This document shows, piece by piece, positions 35,375 through 44,900 of a stretch of 64,000 nt of DNA; the stretch's first letter is position 1, and the number at the start of each line of letters is the position of its first letter. Made by a program: the position numbers and the translations under genes. Origin of the DNA: Patescibacteria group bacterium (GTDB taxonomy: Bacteria > Patescibacteriota > Patescibacteriia > UBA1558 > GWA2-36-10); assembly GCA_041665545.1 (NCBI GenBank), contig JBAYIQ010000001.1, positions 137,911-201,910 on the forward strand, given 5' to 3'. The notes beneath the pieces were generated by a model. The model searched no databases. It saw only the letters and a list, made by a program, of their open reading frames with translations, and had not been told where the DNA came from.

Positions 35375-35403
35375 ATAGTAGCATAATATCTAATTTGTGT
35401 CAA
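35375..35403 (-). promoter_or_regulatory. promoter TTGACA-N17-TACTAT (TGc extended -10) of the 35-kb RNA
   Basis: tgtcaa 35398-35403, atagta 35375-35380 on plus strand. Confidence 0.55.
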
Positions 35404-35457
35404 TAACAACAAAAAACTGCCAAAATTAGCAGTTTTTTAGATGACAACCAATATTTA

Positions 35458-36114
35458 CTATTTTTTATCAAGATTTTTACTAGCTTCTTGATAAATTAAA
35501 CTTAATCGATCATACCAAGTATTAAAAAACATTTCAAACTCTGCCCTAACTTTTACCAAATCCTCCTTATGTTCATAAGTATTGACCTCTTGCTGAAACT
35601 CGTTATAATCCATATCCCACTGATGAATTTGGCTGATAATTATTTTTTTTACTTCGCCGGCAATTTTAGGAACTATATTCAGTACTAATTCTCGCCGCAA
35701 ATCAACTATTTTCTTTGATTTTTCTCTTATATATTTAGCGGCCTCACTAATTTGCTCACCGGCATCAGGGGTTTTTTGTTCTGTTTCCGGGCTATCAACT
35801 TCTCTAAGGGCGTGCTCAACTAATTTATCAGTGTCATCAGCGGATGATGGGGCCGCAATACTTTCTGTTTCACCACCATCATTAAAGGGAGATGCTAAAA
35901 TGCTTTCTAGTTCTCTAAACTTTTGAGCGGCTCCTGGAGCGGTCAATTCAGTCAAACGCTGACTCAGTATCAAAATTCTTTTATCATCATCTGCTACTCC
36001 TTGGGCGATCAATTTTTGACGCTCGTCATATAATTTATTTATTTCCTCCTGCCTCGCATCTTCAACTCTATGTCGTGGTGTATCCTCAACAAAGCCTGAT
36101 AATTTTTCAGTCAT
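35458..36114 (-). CDS. hypothetical acidic coiled-coil protein (218 aa)
   Basis: Clean ORF, host-like composition. Confidence 0.55.
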   Translation of the reverse strand: MTEKLSGFVEDTPRHRVEDARQEEINKLYDERQKLIAQGVADDDKRILILSQRLTELTAPGAAQKFRELESILASPFNDGGETESIAAPSSADDTDKLVEHALREVDSPETEQKTPDAGEQISEAAKYIREKSKKIVDLRRELVLNIVPKIAGEVKKIIISQIHQWDMDYNEFQQEVNTYEHKEDLVKVRAEFEMFFNTWYDRLSLIYQEASKNLDKK

Positions 36115-36165
36115 ATTTTTTTAATTAAATTTTAAATAAAATAGATGTTTATAATAACAAAAAAA

Positions 36166-36906
36166 CTATTGGGCTGTCCAACCGCCATCCACATGCAAAA
36201 TCTGCCCCGTCACATAACTAGAAGCATCGCTAGCCAGATACAAAGCCGCATCAGCAATATTTTCTGGCTGTCCGACATGCCCCAGGGGCGTCATATTGGC
36301 GACCAGTTGCTGAAATCCAGAATCAGCTAAATATGACTTAGTCATATTGGTGTCAATGACTCCTGGAGCAATACCATTGACTCTAATCTTAGCTTTAGCC
36401 AAATCTACAGCGGCCGCTCTAGTCAATTGAGTAATGCCACCTTTAGAAGCACAATAAGCCAGAGAACCAGCAAAACCAACTGTGCCAGCAATTGAGGTCA
36501 TGTTAATAATAACTCCAGGGCTTTTTTGAGCCAACATAATTTTGGCTGCCGCTCGCAAGCCATAAAAAACTCCCGACAGATTGACTTCAATAGTTTTGTG
36601 CCAAATTTCATCACTGGTGTCCTGTGCTGTACCACTAGTAGCAATGCCAGCATTATTTACCATGATATCCAAACGACCAAATTTTTTCACTGTCTGTTCC
36701 ACCAAAGCATCAACTTCCGTTGATTTAGAAACGTCACACTTTATAAACATAGCTTGCTCGCCATATTTATTAGCGATTTCTTGCCCTGATTCATTAATAT
36801 CTGATAGCACTACTTTAGCGCCTGCGCTCAAAAACTTTTCGACTATGGCCAAGCCAATGCCAGAAGAGGCACCGGTCACAATGGCTATTTTATTTGCTAA
36901 TTGCAT
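36166..36906 (-). CDS. short-chain dehydrogenase/reductase (FabG/glucose dehydrogenase-like)
   Basis: TGASSGIGLA cofactor motif, NNAG, YCASKGG catalytic motif. Confidence 0.85.
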   Translation of the reverse strand: MQLANKIAIVTGASSGIGLAIVEKFLSAGAKVVLSDINESGQEIANKYGEQAMFIKCDVSKSTEVDALVEQTVKKFGRLDIMVNNAGIATSGTAQDTSDEIWHKTIEVNLSGVFYGLRAAAKIMLAQKSPGVIINMTSIAGTVGFAGSLAYCASKGGITQLTRAAAVDLAKAKIRVNGIAPGVIDTNMTKSYLADSGFQQLVANMTPLGHVGQPENIADAALYLASDASSYVTGQILHVDGGWTAQ

Positions 36907-36939
36907 ATATTTTTATATTAATTATTAAATATTTTAAAA

Positions 36940-37266
36940 TTATTCACTGCTTATTTGGCAAACCGTATCCACGCATTTTATCTGATCCTTATTTATTTGT
37001 GGACAAGGACCACAGACACTGCTTGGGGGATTTTTAAACGGACAATAGGGTTGCCAACGAACATTAGCCACAACACCGCAGGCACAAAGAGTACAATCCG
37101 ACGCCACTAGATGACACTCAGTATCAGCGGTACAAGTTACTCTTGGCTTATTATTTATTAGATTATTAAGATACTGATTATAAGTATGAAAACTGCCCTG
37201 ATTATTCAAATAAATAAAGCCATAAATCAGACCAGCCAATACTAAAATAAATAATATTAATTTCAT
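36940..37266 (-). CDS. small secreted Cys-rich protein (108 aa)
   Basis: N-terminal TM/signal, 11 Cys in mature part. Confidence 0.55.
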   Translation of the reverse strand: MKLILFILVLAGLIYGFIYLNNQGSFHTYNQYLNNLINNKPRVTCTADTECHLVASDCTLCACGVVANVRWQPYCPFKNPPSSVCGPCPQINKDQIKCVDTVCQISSE

Positions 37267-37308
37267 GGATTAATATTACCATTTTATTGAATTTTTTGGT
37301 ATGGCTAC

Positions 37309-37480
37309 AAAAAAACTGACCCTAGTCTGTCATTCCCGCGCCCCTCGGTCTTGAGCTCGGGGTCGAGAGAAAGGCGGGAATCTACCATGGTTATGCCTTA
37401 GGGCAAATCAATGGTAGATCCCGGATCACCTGTCCGCCTCTGGCGGAAGTCCGGGATGACAGTGTGAGGTCAGTTTTTTA
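37309..37480. other. cloverleaf-shaped GC-rich structured element (possible ncRNA and compound terminator)
   Basis: A-run, CTGACC/GGTCAG and CTGTCAT/ATGACAG outer stems enclosing three hairpins (TCCCGC/GCGGGA, ATCTACCAT/ATGGTAGAT, CCCGGA/TCCGGG), T-run. Confidence 0.6.
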
Positions 37481-37500
37481 TAATTACTTTTAAAAAAATA

Positions 37501-38118
37501 TTATTTTTTCTTGGCTGTTTTCTTTTTGACAACTTTGGCCTTAGCTTTTTCTTTAACAGCTACTTTAGCTGCGACTTTGCTTTCAATTTTTGGTTTGACT
37601 GCTTTTTCTACAACAGCGTTAGGAGTCAATATTTTGATCAATTGATCCATCTTGGTGTTTAACAGCTTAATCTGTTGCATGACTTCTCCTGAATCTTTCG
37701 TATCATTCCCACCTTTACCAAAACAATTATCGCAAAAAATTGGCTTACCAGCAGTCGGCCTAAATGGCACCTGACAATCTTTGCCGCATTTAGCGCAAAC
37801 AGCGTTATGCATTTGTTTATCTTCAAAGTTAAAACGATCACGTCTGTCGCCACCAAAATTACTTGGTCCTTGCTTGGAAGAACCACCATTTTTCTTTTCA
37901 AAACATTTACTGCAAAAAATTGGTCTGTCGCCACTTGGTCTAAAAGGAATTTCGCAAGCTTGACCACATTCACTGCAAGTTGCTTGATGCATGGCTGGTC
38001 TGGCGCCATCTCGGCCACCTGACCTGCGATTTCCACCAAATGATTTATTGCGGTCAAATCCACGACTAAAACTGCCACTGGAGGGCCTTCTATTATTGTC
38101 TCTATCAAAATTTCCCAT
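37501..38118 (-). CDS. RG-rich protein with two CxxC...CxxC zinc ribbons and Lys-rich tail
   Basis: CSECGQACEIPFRPSGDRPIFCSKC and CAKCGKDCQVPFRPTAGKPIFCDNC repeats; KAKAKVVKKKTAKKK tail. Confidence 0.65.
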   Translation of the reverse strand: MGNFDRDNNRRPSSGSFSRGFDRNKSFGGNRRSGGRDGARPAMHQATCSECGQACEIPFRPSGDRPIFCSKCFEKKNGGSSKQGPSNFGGDRRDRFNFEDKQMHNAVCAKCGKDCQVPFRPTAGKPIFCDNCFGKGGNDTKDSGEVMQQIKLLNTKMDQLIKILTPNAVVEKAVKPKIESKVAAKVAVKEKAKAKVVKKKTAKKK

Positions 38119-38199
38119 TATTTATGCTTAATTACTTAATAATAAGCGACTATAACACATTTTTAGATAAAAATCAATGGGCAGAGGAAACACCACTAA

Positions 38200-39303
38200 T
38201 TACAAACTTATTCTTCCTTCTACAATTTCTGATTTTTTTTCAAGGGGCACAGTAGACCAAGAATAAAATTGCTCCAAAAATTTCTTTTTATCATTATCCA
38301 AAATTAAACTAACTTGAGAGCCCTGACTTTGCAAGGGAAATAAATAAATAGACCCTTTTTTTGTTTGAACATCTATATTCAATCCCAAGCCCAAGCCAGT
38401 TTGGGTATCAGCGGAAAAATATTGATCAAAGATAAAATTGCCTAAAGAGTAAAAAATTGGCTTATTATTATAAATTTCTAAACCCTGAACCACGTGCGGA
38501 TGATGACCAATGATGATGTCAGCGCCGCTATCTGACAGAGCGTGGGCGCTTATACTTTGTGTCGTATTATATTCATGCTCGTACTCTGTGCCCCAGTGAA
38601 TATTCACAACTACTAAATCTGCTTGCTTTTTATACTCCCCAATTATTTTTTTTGCTTCCTCTAGATCAAAGCTGTGATAAACCATACTAAAACCAAGCAT
38701 GGCAACTTTTACACCATTAATCTCTACTACTTTACCGGTGCACTCCCCTACTTCGGCATCTGCACAGCCAGAAAAATTAATACCCAGATTTTTTAAATTT
38801 ACTCTAGTCTCCTGTACACCACTAACACCTTGATCAGTCAGGTGATTATTGGCAATATTAAAAAAATTAAAATTATATTTTTTAAATTCACTGACTACTT
38901 CTGGACTAAAAGCAAAATCATTGCTAGCCACTGGCGGATAATGCTGACCATTGTCAGTCACTGCTCCTTCCAAATTGGCCGAAATTATATCACTGCCCAT
39001 AAAAAATCTTTTTTCTTCACCAGCCAATTGGTCAAGCAATGGTGCTACTCCATTTTTAGCAATCTTGACACCGACATTTCTATCTAGCATGATGTCACCA
39101 AAAAACAAAAAAACCACCGACTTTTCAATCGGTGCTTGGTTTATTTTTTCATCGTCTAACAATTCTTTGTACTGCTGATTGACCATAATCGCTGGTTTGA
39201 TAGTAGAGACTACCGCATCTAGACTTTTATTATAATAATCTACTACCAAAAAATGTCCGGCAATGGCCAAGGCAATGATAATAATGGCAAGTTTTTGATT
39301 CAT
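38200..39303 (-). CDS. CapA-family metallophosphatase (poly-gamma-glutamate capsule synthesis-like)
   Basis: FFGDIMLDR, NNH, VVNIHWGTEY, IIGHHPHVVQG. Confidence 0.75.
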   Translation of the reverse strand: MNQKLAIIIIALAIAGHFLVVDYYNKSLDAVVSTIKPAIMVNQQYKELLDDEKINQAPIEKSVVFLFFGDIMLDRNVGVKIAKNGVAPLLDQLAGEEKRFFMGSDIISANLEGAVTDNGQHYPPVASNDFAFSPEVVSEFKKYNFNFFNIANNHLTDQGVSGVQETRVNLKNLGINFSGCADAEVGECTGKVVEINGVKVAMLGFSMVYHSFDLEEAKKIIGEYKKQADLVVVNIHWGTEYEHEYNTTQSISAHALSDSGADIIIGHHPHVVQGLEIYNNKPIFYSLGNFIFDQYFSADTQTGLGLGLNIDVQTKKGSIYLFPLQSQGSQVSLILDNDKKKFLEQFYSWSTVPLEKKSEIVEGRISL

Positions 39304-39355
39304 TAGTTGTTTTCTATATTATTATAATACTGGTGACACTGGCTTTTGTAAATAG

Positions 39356-41092
39356 CTAACCCATTTGTTCGCGCCACAAAGCAGCGTAAAGACCAGATTT
39401 TTCTAAGAGCTGCTGATGAGTACCACTTTCTACTAAACTGCCTTTTTCTAAGACAAATATTTTATCAGCATGCAAGATAGTTGATAAACGATGAGCAATA
39501 ACAACTGTAATCAAGTCTGGTCTTATTTTTTCGATATTCTTTATAGTCTCGGTAATTTCTTTTTCAGTCAGTGAGTCTAGACTACTAGTGGCTTCATCAA
39601 AAATAATAATATCAGGATTACGCAACAAAGCCCTAGCAATAGCTAATCTTTGTCTCTCGCCACCAGATAATTTCAAACCACCTTCGCCTATTTTGGTGTC
39701 TAAACCCTTTTCCGCGCGACTCAAAATATTATCAGCCGCCGCTTGGTGTAAAACTTCTAGACACTCAGCATCAGAGGCACTAGATCTTACAAACAATAAA
39801 TTTTCCCTGATAGAACCTGCGAAAAGCTGAGTCTCTTGGGCCACCAAACCAATGCGCTGACGAAACTTATCAAAATCAATTTGGGTACTGAGATGATTAT
39901 TGAATCTCAATTCGCCACTGGCTGGTTGGTACAAACCGACAATGAGTTTTATTAAAGTAGTCTTACCAGAGCCAGAAGGTCCTACAAAAGCCACATTTTC
40001 CCCAGATTTTATAACAGCATTTAAATTTTTTATAGTCTCAAATTCAGCGCTGTTATATTTGAAACCAACGTTAACAAAACTAATTTCTTTAAGATCATCC
40101 AAAATGATAGCGTGCTCTGGCTTCTTGGCTGGTTCTTGCTTCAATATCTCATCGAGGCGACTCATGCTAGCGGATGTCTCTTGATACTTGGCCACCACCT
40201 GTCCAAACTGAGCTAGGGGTGTAAAAATAAAAAATGAATAAATAAACAAAGTAAAAAATTGACCCAAAGAAATATTTTGTGTAAAGATCAAATACATCAT
40301 CACGCCAATCAAAATAGTGCGCATAGTATTTAATAATGTCCCTTGCCAGAAACTAAAAGTCCTTACTATCCGTACTTTTTTTAATTCCAAAACCAAAATA
40401 TCGTCATTTACTTTATTTAATCTATTAATTTCCTGTTGGTCCAAGCCGAGTGATTTTACTAATTGCACATTACGCAAAGTTTCGGTAGTGGATCCAGCTA
40501 ACTCAGCTTGTTGGGTGATAATTAATTTTTGCGCCTCTCTAATTTTTTTACTCAAAAAATAAGTACCAAAACCCAAAATTGGTAAAAGTAAAAAATAAAT
40601 CAAACCAATCAACCAGTGTACTATAAAAGCATAAACCAAAACAAAAATAATACCGATCAATGATACAAATACCATGTTTATCAATTGACCGATTAATTCT
40701 TGAGCGTCATTTCTGGCCTTTTGTAATTTCTGCAACAATTCACCGGACTGTTGGTCTTCAAAATTTATATAAGGCAAGGAAAATGAATGTTTAACGCTGT
40801 TAGAATACAGGGTAGTACCTACTCGCTGCGTAATAACATTGACATAATAATCCTGAAAATTCTTGGCAATCCTAGAAATTAGTGCTACGCCCATGAAAGC
40901 CAACAAGAGCCAGCCAATGCCCATAAAAAATTGGCCTTGAGTCAAAGTGTCAAACTTAGAAGCATAATTATCAATCATTAACCTAAACACTTGGGGATCA
41001 AGTAAAGAAAAAAGCTGGTTGATACTAGCCAAAATCAAGGCATAAACTAAATGTTTTCTATACCCCAATAAATAATTCCATAATAATTTCAT
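39356..41092 (-). CDS. ABC exporter, fused permease/ATPase (MsbA-like)
   Basis: 6 TM N-terminal half; [26 protein letters not shown]. Confidence 0.85.
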   Translation of the reverse strand: MKLLWNYLLGYRKHLVYALILASINQLFSLLDPQVFRLMIDNYASKFDTLTQGQFFMGIGWLLLAFMGVALISRIAKNFQDYYVNVITQRVGTTLYSNSVKHSFSLPYINFEDQQSGELLQKLQKARNDAQELIGQLINMVFVSLIGIIFVLVYAFIVHWLIGLIYFLLLPILGFGTYFLSKKIREAQKLIITQQAELAGSTTETLRNVQLVKSLGLDQQEINRLNKVNDDILVLELKKVRIVRTFSFWQGTLLNTMRTILIGVMMYLIFTQNISLGQFFTLFIYSFFIFTPLAQFGQVVAKYQETSASMSRLDEILKQEPAKKPEHAIILDDLKEISFVNVGFKYNSAEFETIKNLNAVIKSGENVAFVGPSGSGKTTLIKLIVGLYQPASGELRFNNHLSTQIDFDKFRQRIGLVAQETQLFAGSIRENLLFVRSSASDAECLEVLHQAAADNILSRAEKGLDTKIGEGGLKLSGGERQRLAIARALLRNPDIIIFDEATSSLDSLTEKEITETIKNIEKIRPDLITVVIAHRLSTILHADKIFVLEKGSLVESGTHQQLLEKSGLYAALWREQMG

Positions 41093-41096
41093 ATGT

Positions 41097-41300
41097 TTAC
41101 ATTACTTCGTGACCTTGGGCTTTGATTATTTTTTTTATTTCGGCCAAGCTTATTTTATGCTCATCAAACTTAAGTTTTGTTTCCTGCTTAGCAAAATTTG
41201 TTCTAGCTTCTTTGACACCAGCATCTTCCAAGGCACCATCAATATTCATGGCGCAAGAGCTGCAGTGCATACCATTTATTTTTAATATAGTCTCTGTCAT
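41097..41300 (-). CDS. copZ: heavy-metal-associated copper chaperone
   Basis: [11 protein letters not shown] MxCxxC motif, 67 aa. Confidence 0.85.
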   Translation of the reverse strand: MTETILKINGMHCSSCAMNIDGALEDAGVKEARTNFAKQETKLKFDEHKISLAEIKKIIKAQGHEVM

Positions 41301-41301
41301 A

Positions 41302-42308
41302 TTATTTTATTACATTAATTACTCCCCGATACATACCCATACTACAAGTAAAGGCAATTTTTCCAGATTCAGACGGAGCCGTAAACTGTATTATTTCTTC
41401 TGTGCCAGGACTCACTACTTTTTCTATATTTAATTTTGGTATAGTAAAGGCCTGAGCGCAACTATAGGCATTGTTATTTTTTAAAGTCAAGGTTACTAAG
41501 TCGCCGGCTTAACATTGATACTTTTTGGCTCATAGCCATTGTTGCTTATGTTGATAGTGATTTTATCTTCTGTGACGACTTGGTCATCAATATTTTGGTT
41601 AGAAATATTCTTGGTCAAATTGGAAAAATTCCAAGTGCTACCAGACAAGGCAATAGCGCTGTTTATTGAAAATAATGACAAGCCAATAATTAAAACAGCG
41701 GCCACTCGATAAAAATTCTTCTGCCATTTGGCACTCAAACTGTTGGCCGTATAACCCAAGATAAAAAATAAAGGAATGGTGCCTAATATAAAAGAAAACA
41801 TAATTAGCGTGCCGGCTAAGCTTGAACCCGTAGAAATGGCCAAGGCCATCATAGCTTGTGTAGTGCCACAGGGTATAAATATGGTCATAAGTCCAAGCAG
41901 AGCTGGCGTAAAAATATCCGCGCTCTTGGCTTTGTTACGCACCATCTTGGTCAAAAAGCGTGGCGGCTGGATCACAAAATATCGAAATATTGGATGGACA
42001 TTCAACAAGCTCAAGGCCGTCCCAATCATAAACAAAGCAATCAAAATCTGTAAAATAACCCGCACTGTAAATGACAGTGTAAAAAATGAACCTAGCCAAC
42101 CTAGAATAAAACCTAAAATAGTATAGGCAATAAGTTTGGCCACCAAGAAAGCCACGATTGGCAAAGCTTTGTTTGGCTTAGATTCTTGTTCTCCCTCATG
42201 ACGCTGAGCAATGGCTGTGGCTAGTAATCCACCTTGGACTGCTAGACAAGTGAGCCCACCCGTCAATAAACCAGTCAAAAATATGGTTAACAAATTTGTT
42301 TCTGACAT
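41302..42308 (-). pseudogene. metal-efflux permease fused to cupredoxin-like domain, interrupted by a 1-nt frameshift near 41508-41510
   Basis: Frame 1 ends ...YEPKSINVKPAT*; shifted frame continues AGDLVTLTLKNNNAYSCAQAF...FTCSMGMYRG, one continuous cupredoxin-like domain. Confidence 0.6.
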
Positions 42309-42314
42309 AAAAAA

Positions 42315-44534
42315 TTAATTAATTTTTACTTTTTTTAAACGCAAGGAATTCAAAACTACCGAAACTGAACTCAAGGCCATGGCCGCTGACGCCAAGATAG
42401 GATTCAACAAAACACCAAACCAAGGATAAAGTGCGCCCATAGCTACCGGAATCAAAATAATATTATAAGCAAAAGCCCAAAATAAATTCATTCTGATGGT
42501 GCTGATAGTTTTTTTGGAAAGATTCAAGGCCAGGGCTACAGAGTGCAAATCTTTGTTCACCAAGGTAATGCTAGCCGACTCCATGGCTACATCAGTACCC
42601 GATGACATAGCAATACCGACATCAGCTACAGCTAAAGCTGGTGCATCATTGACACCATCGCCAACCATAGCCACTACTTTGTGCTTGGCTTGCCAGCTTT
42701 TTACAACTTTAGCTTTATCATCGGGCAACACTTCGGCCACTACTTCATCAATGCCCAGGGTTTTAGCAATGGAACTGGCTGCCAATTTATTATCACCAGT
42801 CAACATGACAGTGGTAATACCCTGCGCCTGTAAAGCAGCGATCGCACTTTTGGCACTATCTTTGACTACATCGGCTACAGCCAAATATGCTAAGACTTGT
42901 TTATCCCTAGCCAGTAGCATGACGGTCTTGCCCTGACTTTCTAAATTAGCAATTTTATCTTCTGGATAAGACAAAGAATTTTCTTGCATCAAAGCGCGAT
43001 TACCAAAAAATAATTTACTGTTTTTTATTTCTCCTTTGATACCCTTACCAGGTATCGCTTGCCAATTATCTATATTTAAAAATTCTAATTTCTGATCTAA
43101 AGCGGCCTGCACTATACAAGTAGCCAAGGCATGCTCAGAATTATTTTCCAAACTAGCAGCCATTTGCAAAATATCTTTATCCGACATATCCACCAAAGGA
43201 ACAATGTCGGTAATTTGTGGCCTTCCTTGAGTCAAAGTGCCAGTTTTATCAAAAATCACTACCTGCACTTTGTGAGCTAATTCTAAACTCGCGGCATCTT
43301 TAATCAAAATACCATTTTGCGCGGCTCGGCCAGTGGCTACCATGATAGCCGTCGGTGTCGCCAGACCCATGGCGCAAGGACAAGCAATAATCAAAACTGC
43401 CACCATATTGAGCAATGCTCTAGTCAAAGCTGGCTCTGGTCCAAAAATAAACCAAATCACAAAAGTCGCCGCCGCCAACACCAAAACAATTGGCACAAAA
43501 TAAGCGGCAATCAAATCAGCCAATCTCTGAATGGGAGCTTTTGATCCTTGGGCTTGGGCTACCAGCTTAATAATCTGCGCCAACATAGTATCAGCGCCAA
43601 CCTTGCTGGTCTGAAAATTGAAACTACCAGTTTTATTGATAGTAGCACCAATCACTCGATCGCCAACTTTTTTATCCAAAGGCAAACTCTCACCAGTAAT
43701 CATTGACTCGTCAACCGCTGACTGACCACTGACAATCACGCCGTCAACGGGAATTTTTTCACCCGGCCTGACTCTAATGATATCTCCGACTTTGACCTGC
43801 TCAATCGGCAAATCAATTTCTTTATCGTTTTTTACTACGCGAGCCGTCTTGGCTTGCAAGCCAATTAATTTTTTGATAGCGGTAGAAGTGTTGAGTTTGG
43901 CTTTGGCCTCTAAATAGCGACCTAATAAAATCAAAGCAATGATCAAGACCGAAGCATCAAAATAAGGCATGACTTCAATGCCTAGAGACATGACGAGGTC
44001 AGGCAATAAAGTAACTACTACTGAATATACAAAAGCTACGGTTGTGCCAATAACTACTAATGTATCCATGTTGGCTCGCCTTTTTTTCAAAGCCTGCCAA
44101 GCCGAGTGATACAAAGCAGCGGCTGCCCAAAGTTGTATTGGTATAGCCAAAATCAGTTGGACATAAAAATTTTTAAGCAAAGTGGGAGCAAACATATCTA
44201 GCCCCGGAAAAGTACCCCACAGCAACAAGGCGCCAAAAAACAAAGAAACAATTACTTTGGTCTGTAATTTTTTTAAAGCAATATTTTTATCCAACTGCTG
44301 TTGATCCCAAGTATAGTTTTCGGTAACAATTGCCTGATAGCCAACAGCGGCTACGGCGGCTGACAAATCAGCTGGCGATATTTCTTTTTCTAAGGTTATA
44401 GTCGCTGACTCGGTAGCCAGATTAACATTGGCCTCCAAAACTCCGGGTAATTTTTTTAAAGCGCGCTCCACAACACGCACGCATGAAGCACAATGCATAC
44501 CAACTATTGGTATGTCTTTTGTATATTTGGCCAT
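42315..44534 (-). CDS. copA: copper-translocating P1B-type ATPase
   Basis: N-terminal [11 protein letters not shown] motif ([11 protein letters not shown]), [17 protein letters not shown]. Confidence 0.9.
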   Translation of the reverse strand: MAKYTKDIPIVGMHCASCVRVVERALKKLPGVLEANVNLATESATITLEKEISPADLSAAVAAVGYQAIVTENYTWDQQQLDKNIALKKLQTKVIVSLFFGALLLWGTFPGLDMFAPTLLKNFYVQLILAIPIQLWAAAALYHSAWQALKKRRANMDTLVVIGTTVAFVYSVVVTLLPDLVMSLGIEVMPYFDASVLIIALILLGRYLEAKAKLNTSTAIKKLIGLQAKTARVVKNDKEIDLPIEQVKVGDIIRVRPGEKIPVDGVIVSGQSAVDESMITGESLPLDKKVGDRVIGATINKTGSFNFQTSKVGADTMLAQIIKLVAQAQGSKAPIQRLADLIAAYFVPIVLVLAAATFVIWFIFGPEPALTRALLNMVAVLIIACPCAMGLATPTAIMVATGRAAQNGILIKDAASLELAHKVQVVIFDKTGTLTQGRPQITDIVPLVDMSDKDILQMAASLENNSEHALATCIVQAALDQKLEFLNIDNWQAIPGKGIKGEIKNSKLFFGNRALMQENSLSYPEDKIANLESQGKTVMLLARDKQVLAYLAVADVVKDSAKSAIAALQAQGITTVMLTGDNKLAASSIAKTLGIDEVVAEVLPDDKAKVVKSWQAKHKVVAMVGDGVNDAPALAVADVGIAMSSGTDVAMESASITLVNKDLHSVALALNLSKKTISTIRMNLFWAFAYNIILIPVAMGALYPWFGVLLNPILASAAMALSSVSVVLNSLRLKKVKIN

Positions 44535-44559
44535 AATAAATTATTAATTTTTTTGAAAA

Positions 44560-44829
44560 TTAAGACCAACGCTTGATGATGGCCATCACTTCGGCGACAG
44601 CTGTATTGGCCTTACCTTTTTTGATATCACGGGCCGTACAGGTCTTCAAATGATTTTCTAAAATCAGATGATCAGTCTGTTTCAAAGCGCGTTGAACGGC
44701 TTGGGACTGATGGATAACGTCTAAACAATAAGCGCCTTTGGAGACCATGTCTTCTACTTTTTGTAGTTGACCAATAGAAATACGCAAGCGATGTAAAATT
44801 TTCTCGTGAGTGTTTTTTGGTTTATACAT
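44560..44829 (-). CDS. csoR: CsoR-family metal-sensing repressor
   Basis: 89 aa; C..(x)..H..C pattern (YCLDVIHQSQAV...LKTC). Confidence 0.8.
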   Translation of the reverse strand: MYKPKNTHEKILHRLRISIGQLQKVEDMVSKGAYCLDVIHQSQAVQRALKQTDHLILENHLKTCTARDIKKGKANTAVAEVMAIIKRWS

Positions 44830-44849
44830 ATGGTTATAATATTAAATCC

Positions 44850-44870
44850 ATATCCCCCCCCTAGGGATAT
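44850..44870. promoter_or_regulatory. candidate CsoR operator ATATCCC-N7-GGGATAT overlapping the csoR promoter
   Basis: Inverted repeat around a C/G tract; a TATTAT -10 ends 6 nt before the csoR ATG (possibly leaderless mRNA). Confidence 0.5.
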
Positions 44871-44900
44871 AGTAACACATAGAATAAAATAGCACAATGT

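Noticed and set aside
34939-35384. ORFs of 70-117 aa on both strands of the 35-kb GC island
   Set aside because: None has an RBS or lies downstream of the mapped promoter in a sensible way. The translations are Arg/Pro-rich, and the region folds into many helices, so it is treated as RNA.
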